Positions 63,322 through 64,000 of a DNA stretch of 64,000 bases are shown piece after piece. This DNA comes from Lytechinus pictus (Eukaryota): contig NC_087260.1 in NCBI RefSeq assembly GCF_037042905.1, positions 2,356,001-2,420,000 of the forward strand, written 5' to 3'. Position 1 is the stretch's first letter. Every line of letters starts with the position of its first letter. The position numbers and the translations under genes were made by a program. Below the pieces are notes generated by a model. That model was not told the origin of the DNA. It saw only the letters and a list, made by a program, of their open reading frames with translations, and searched no databases.

Positions 63322-63602
63322 ATGTAAAGTCCACCCCAGAAAATTGTTGATTTGAATTGATAGAGAAAAATCAAACAAACATAACATTGCAAATTTCATC
63401 GAAATCGGATGTAAAATAAGAAAGTTATGACATTTTTAAGTTTCGCTTATTTTTCACAAAACAGTTAAATGCACAACTCAGTGATATGCAAATGAGAGAG
63501 TCGATAATGTCCATCACTCACTATTTCTTTTGTTTTTTATTGTTTGAATAATACAATATTTCAATTTTTACTGATTTGACAAGAAGGACCAACTTTAATA
63601 AC
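63322..63602. mobile_element. Kolobok/T2-type MITE family B, interrupted by a family C copy
   Basis: TTAA|ATGTAAAGTCCACCCC start; similarity to 31070-31703. Confidence 0.6.
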
Positions 63603-63606
63603 TTAA

Positions 63607-64000
63607 AGGAGAATGAAACCCTTGAAACCAGCTGAATCCATATCGGAGAGAAAAATCAAAGAAACATATTGTTGAAAGTTTGAGGAAGATTGAATGAATA
63701 ATAAGAAAGTTATGAGCATTTGAATGTCGAGATCACTAATGCCATGTAGATCCTCCCATTGGCAATGCGACCAAGATCTGTGATGTCACACACGTACAAC
63801 TCCCTCATTACTTTAGTACTTATTTCACTTATATTCTCACTTTTATAGAGTCTATCACAAGGTGAGGTGTTCTCTTTATGAGAGGACAAGTACAGAGGTT
63901 TCACAACATTATATCATTGATGAATCATTTATCACATGATAAGAGTGAGCAAAAAGAGATGTTTTGGGGTATATTTTCAGTGTCCAAAAGGGGAGAGTTG
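63607..64000 (-). mobile_element. Kolobok/T2-type MITE family C (runs off window)
   Basis: TTAA|AGGAGAATGAAACCC; reverse complement of 59108-59500 with few differences. Confidence 0.85.

Noticed and set aside
62183-63399. Pro-rich and YLSI-repeat ORFs
   Set aside because: Translate C/T-rich tracts and TAGA microsatellites
52970-64000. Further exons of the Shark-like kinase
   Set aside because: No ankyrin- or kinase-like coding segment with splice sites recognised; two N gaps could hide sequence, or the intron exceeds 11 kb

Overview
AT-rich, repeat-dense metazoan genomic DNA, most likely an echinoderm/sea urchin (inferred from SINE/MITE types and gene content; not proven). There are three assembly gaps (15572-15751, 57591-57831, 58049-58272). 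Four host genes are supported. (1) The 5' half of UDP-glucose:glycoprotein glucosyltransferase (UGGT), minus strand: 10 coding exons from 19985 down to 2530, all GT-AG and phase-compatible, with the gene continuing off the left edge. (2) A single-coding-exon type-I glutamine-synthetase/lengsin-like gene (+, 39690-41054). (3) A single-coding-exon KCTD6/21-like BTB protein (-, 46886-47593). (4) The first coding exon of a SHARK/HTK16-type SH2-ankyrin tyrosine kinase (+, 52407-52969). A full-length 3.1 kb PIF/Harbinger DNA transposon (21512-24615) lies 1.5 kb upstream of the first UGGT coding exon. It has TIRs, an ACT target duplication, palindromic subterminal motifs, an intact transposase and a spliced Myb/SANT partner gene with a premature stop. 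A dimeric ~349-bp satellite follows; it shows higher-order structure and carries an inverted ~70-bp segment matching DNA 5 kb away. The rest is tRNA-derived SINEs, decayed CR1/L2 LINE pieces, many MITEs (Kolobok-type TTAA, piggyBac-type, CACTA-type, and CAG-ended elements with unusual 6-7 bp TSDs), mini/microsatellites and long palindromes. I see no convincing wholly new system; the best leads are listed as findings.
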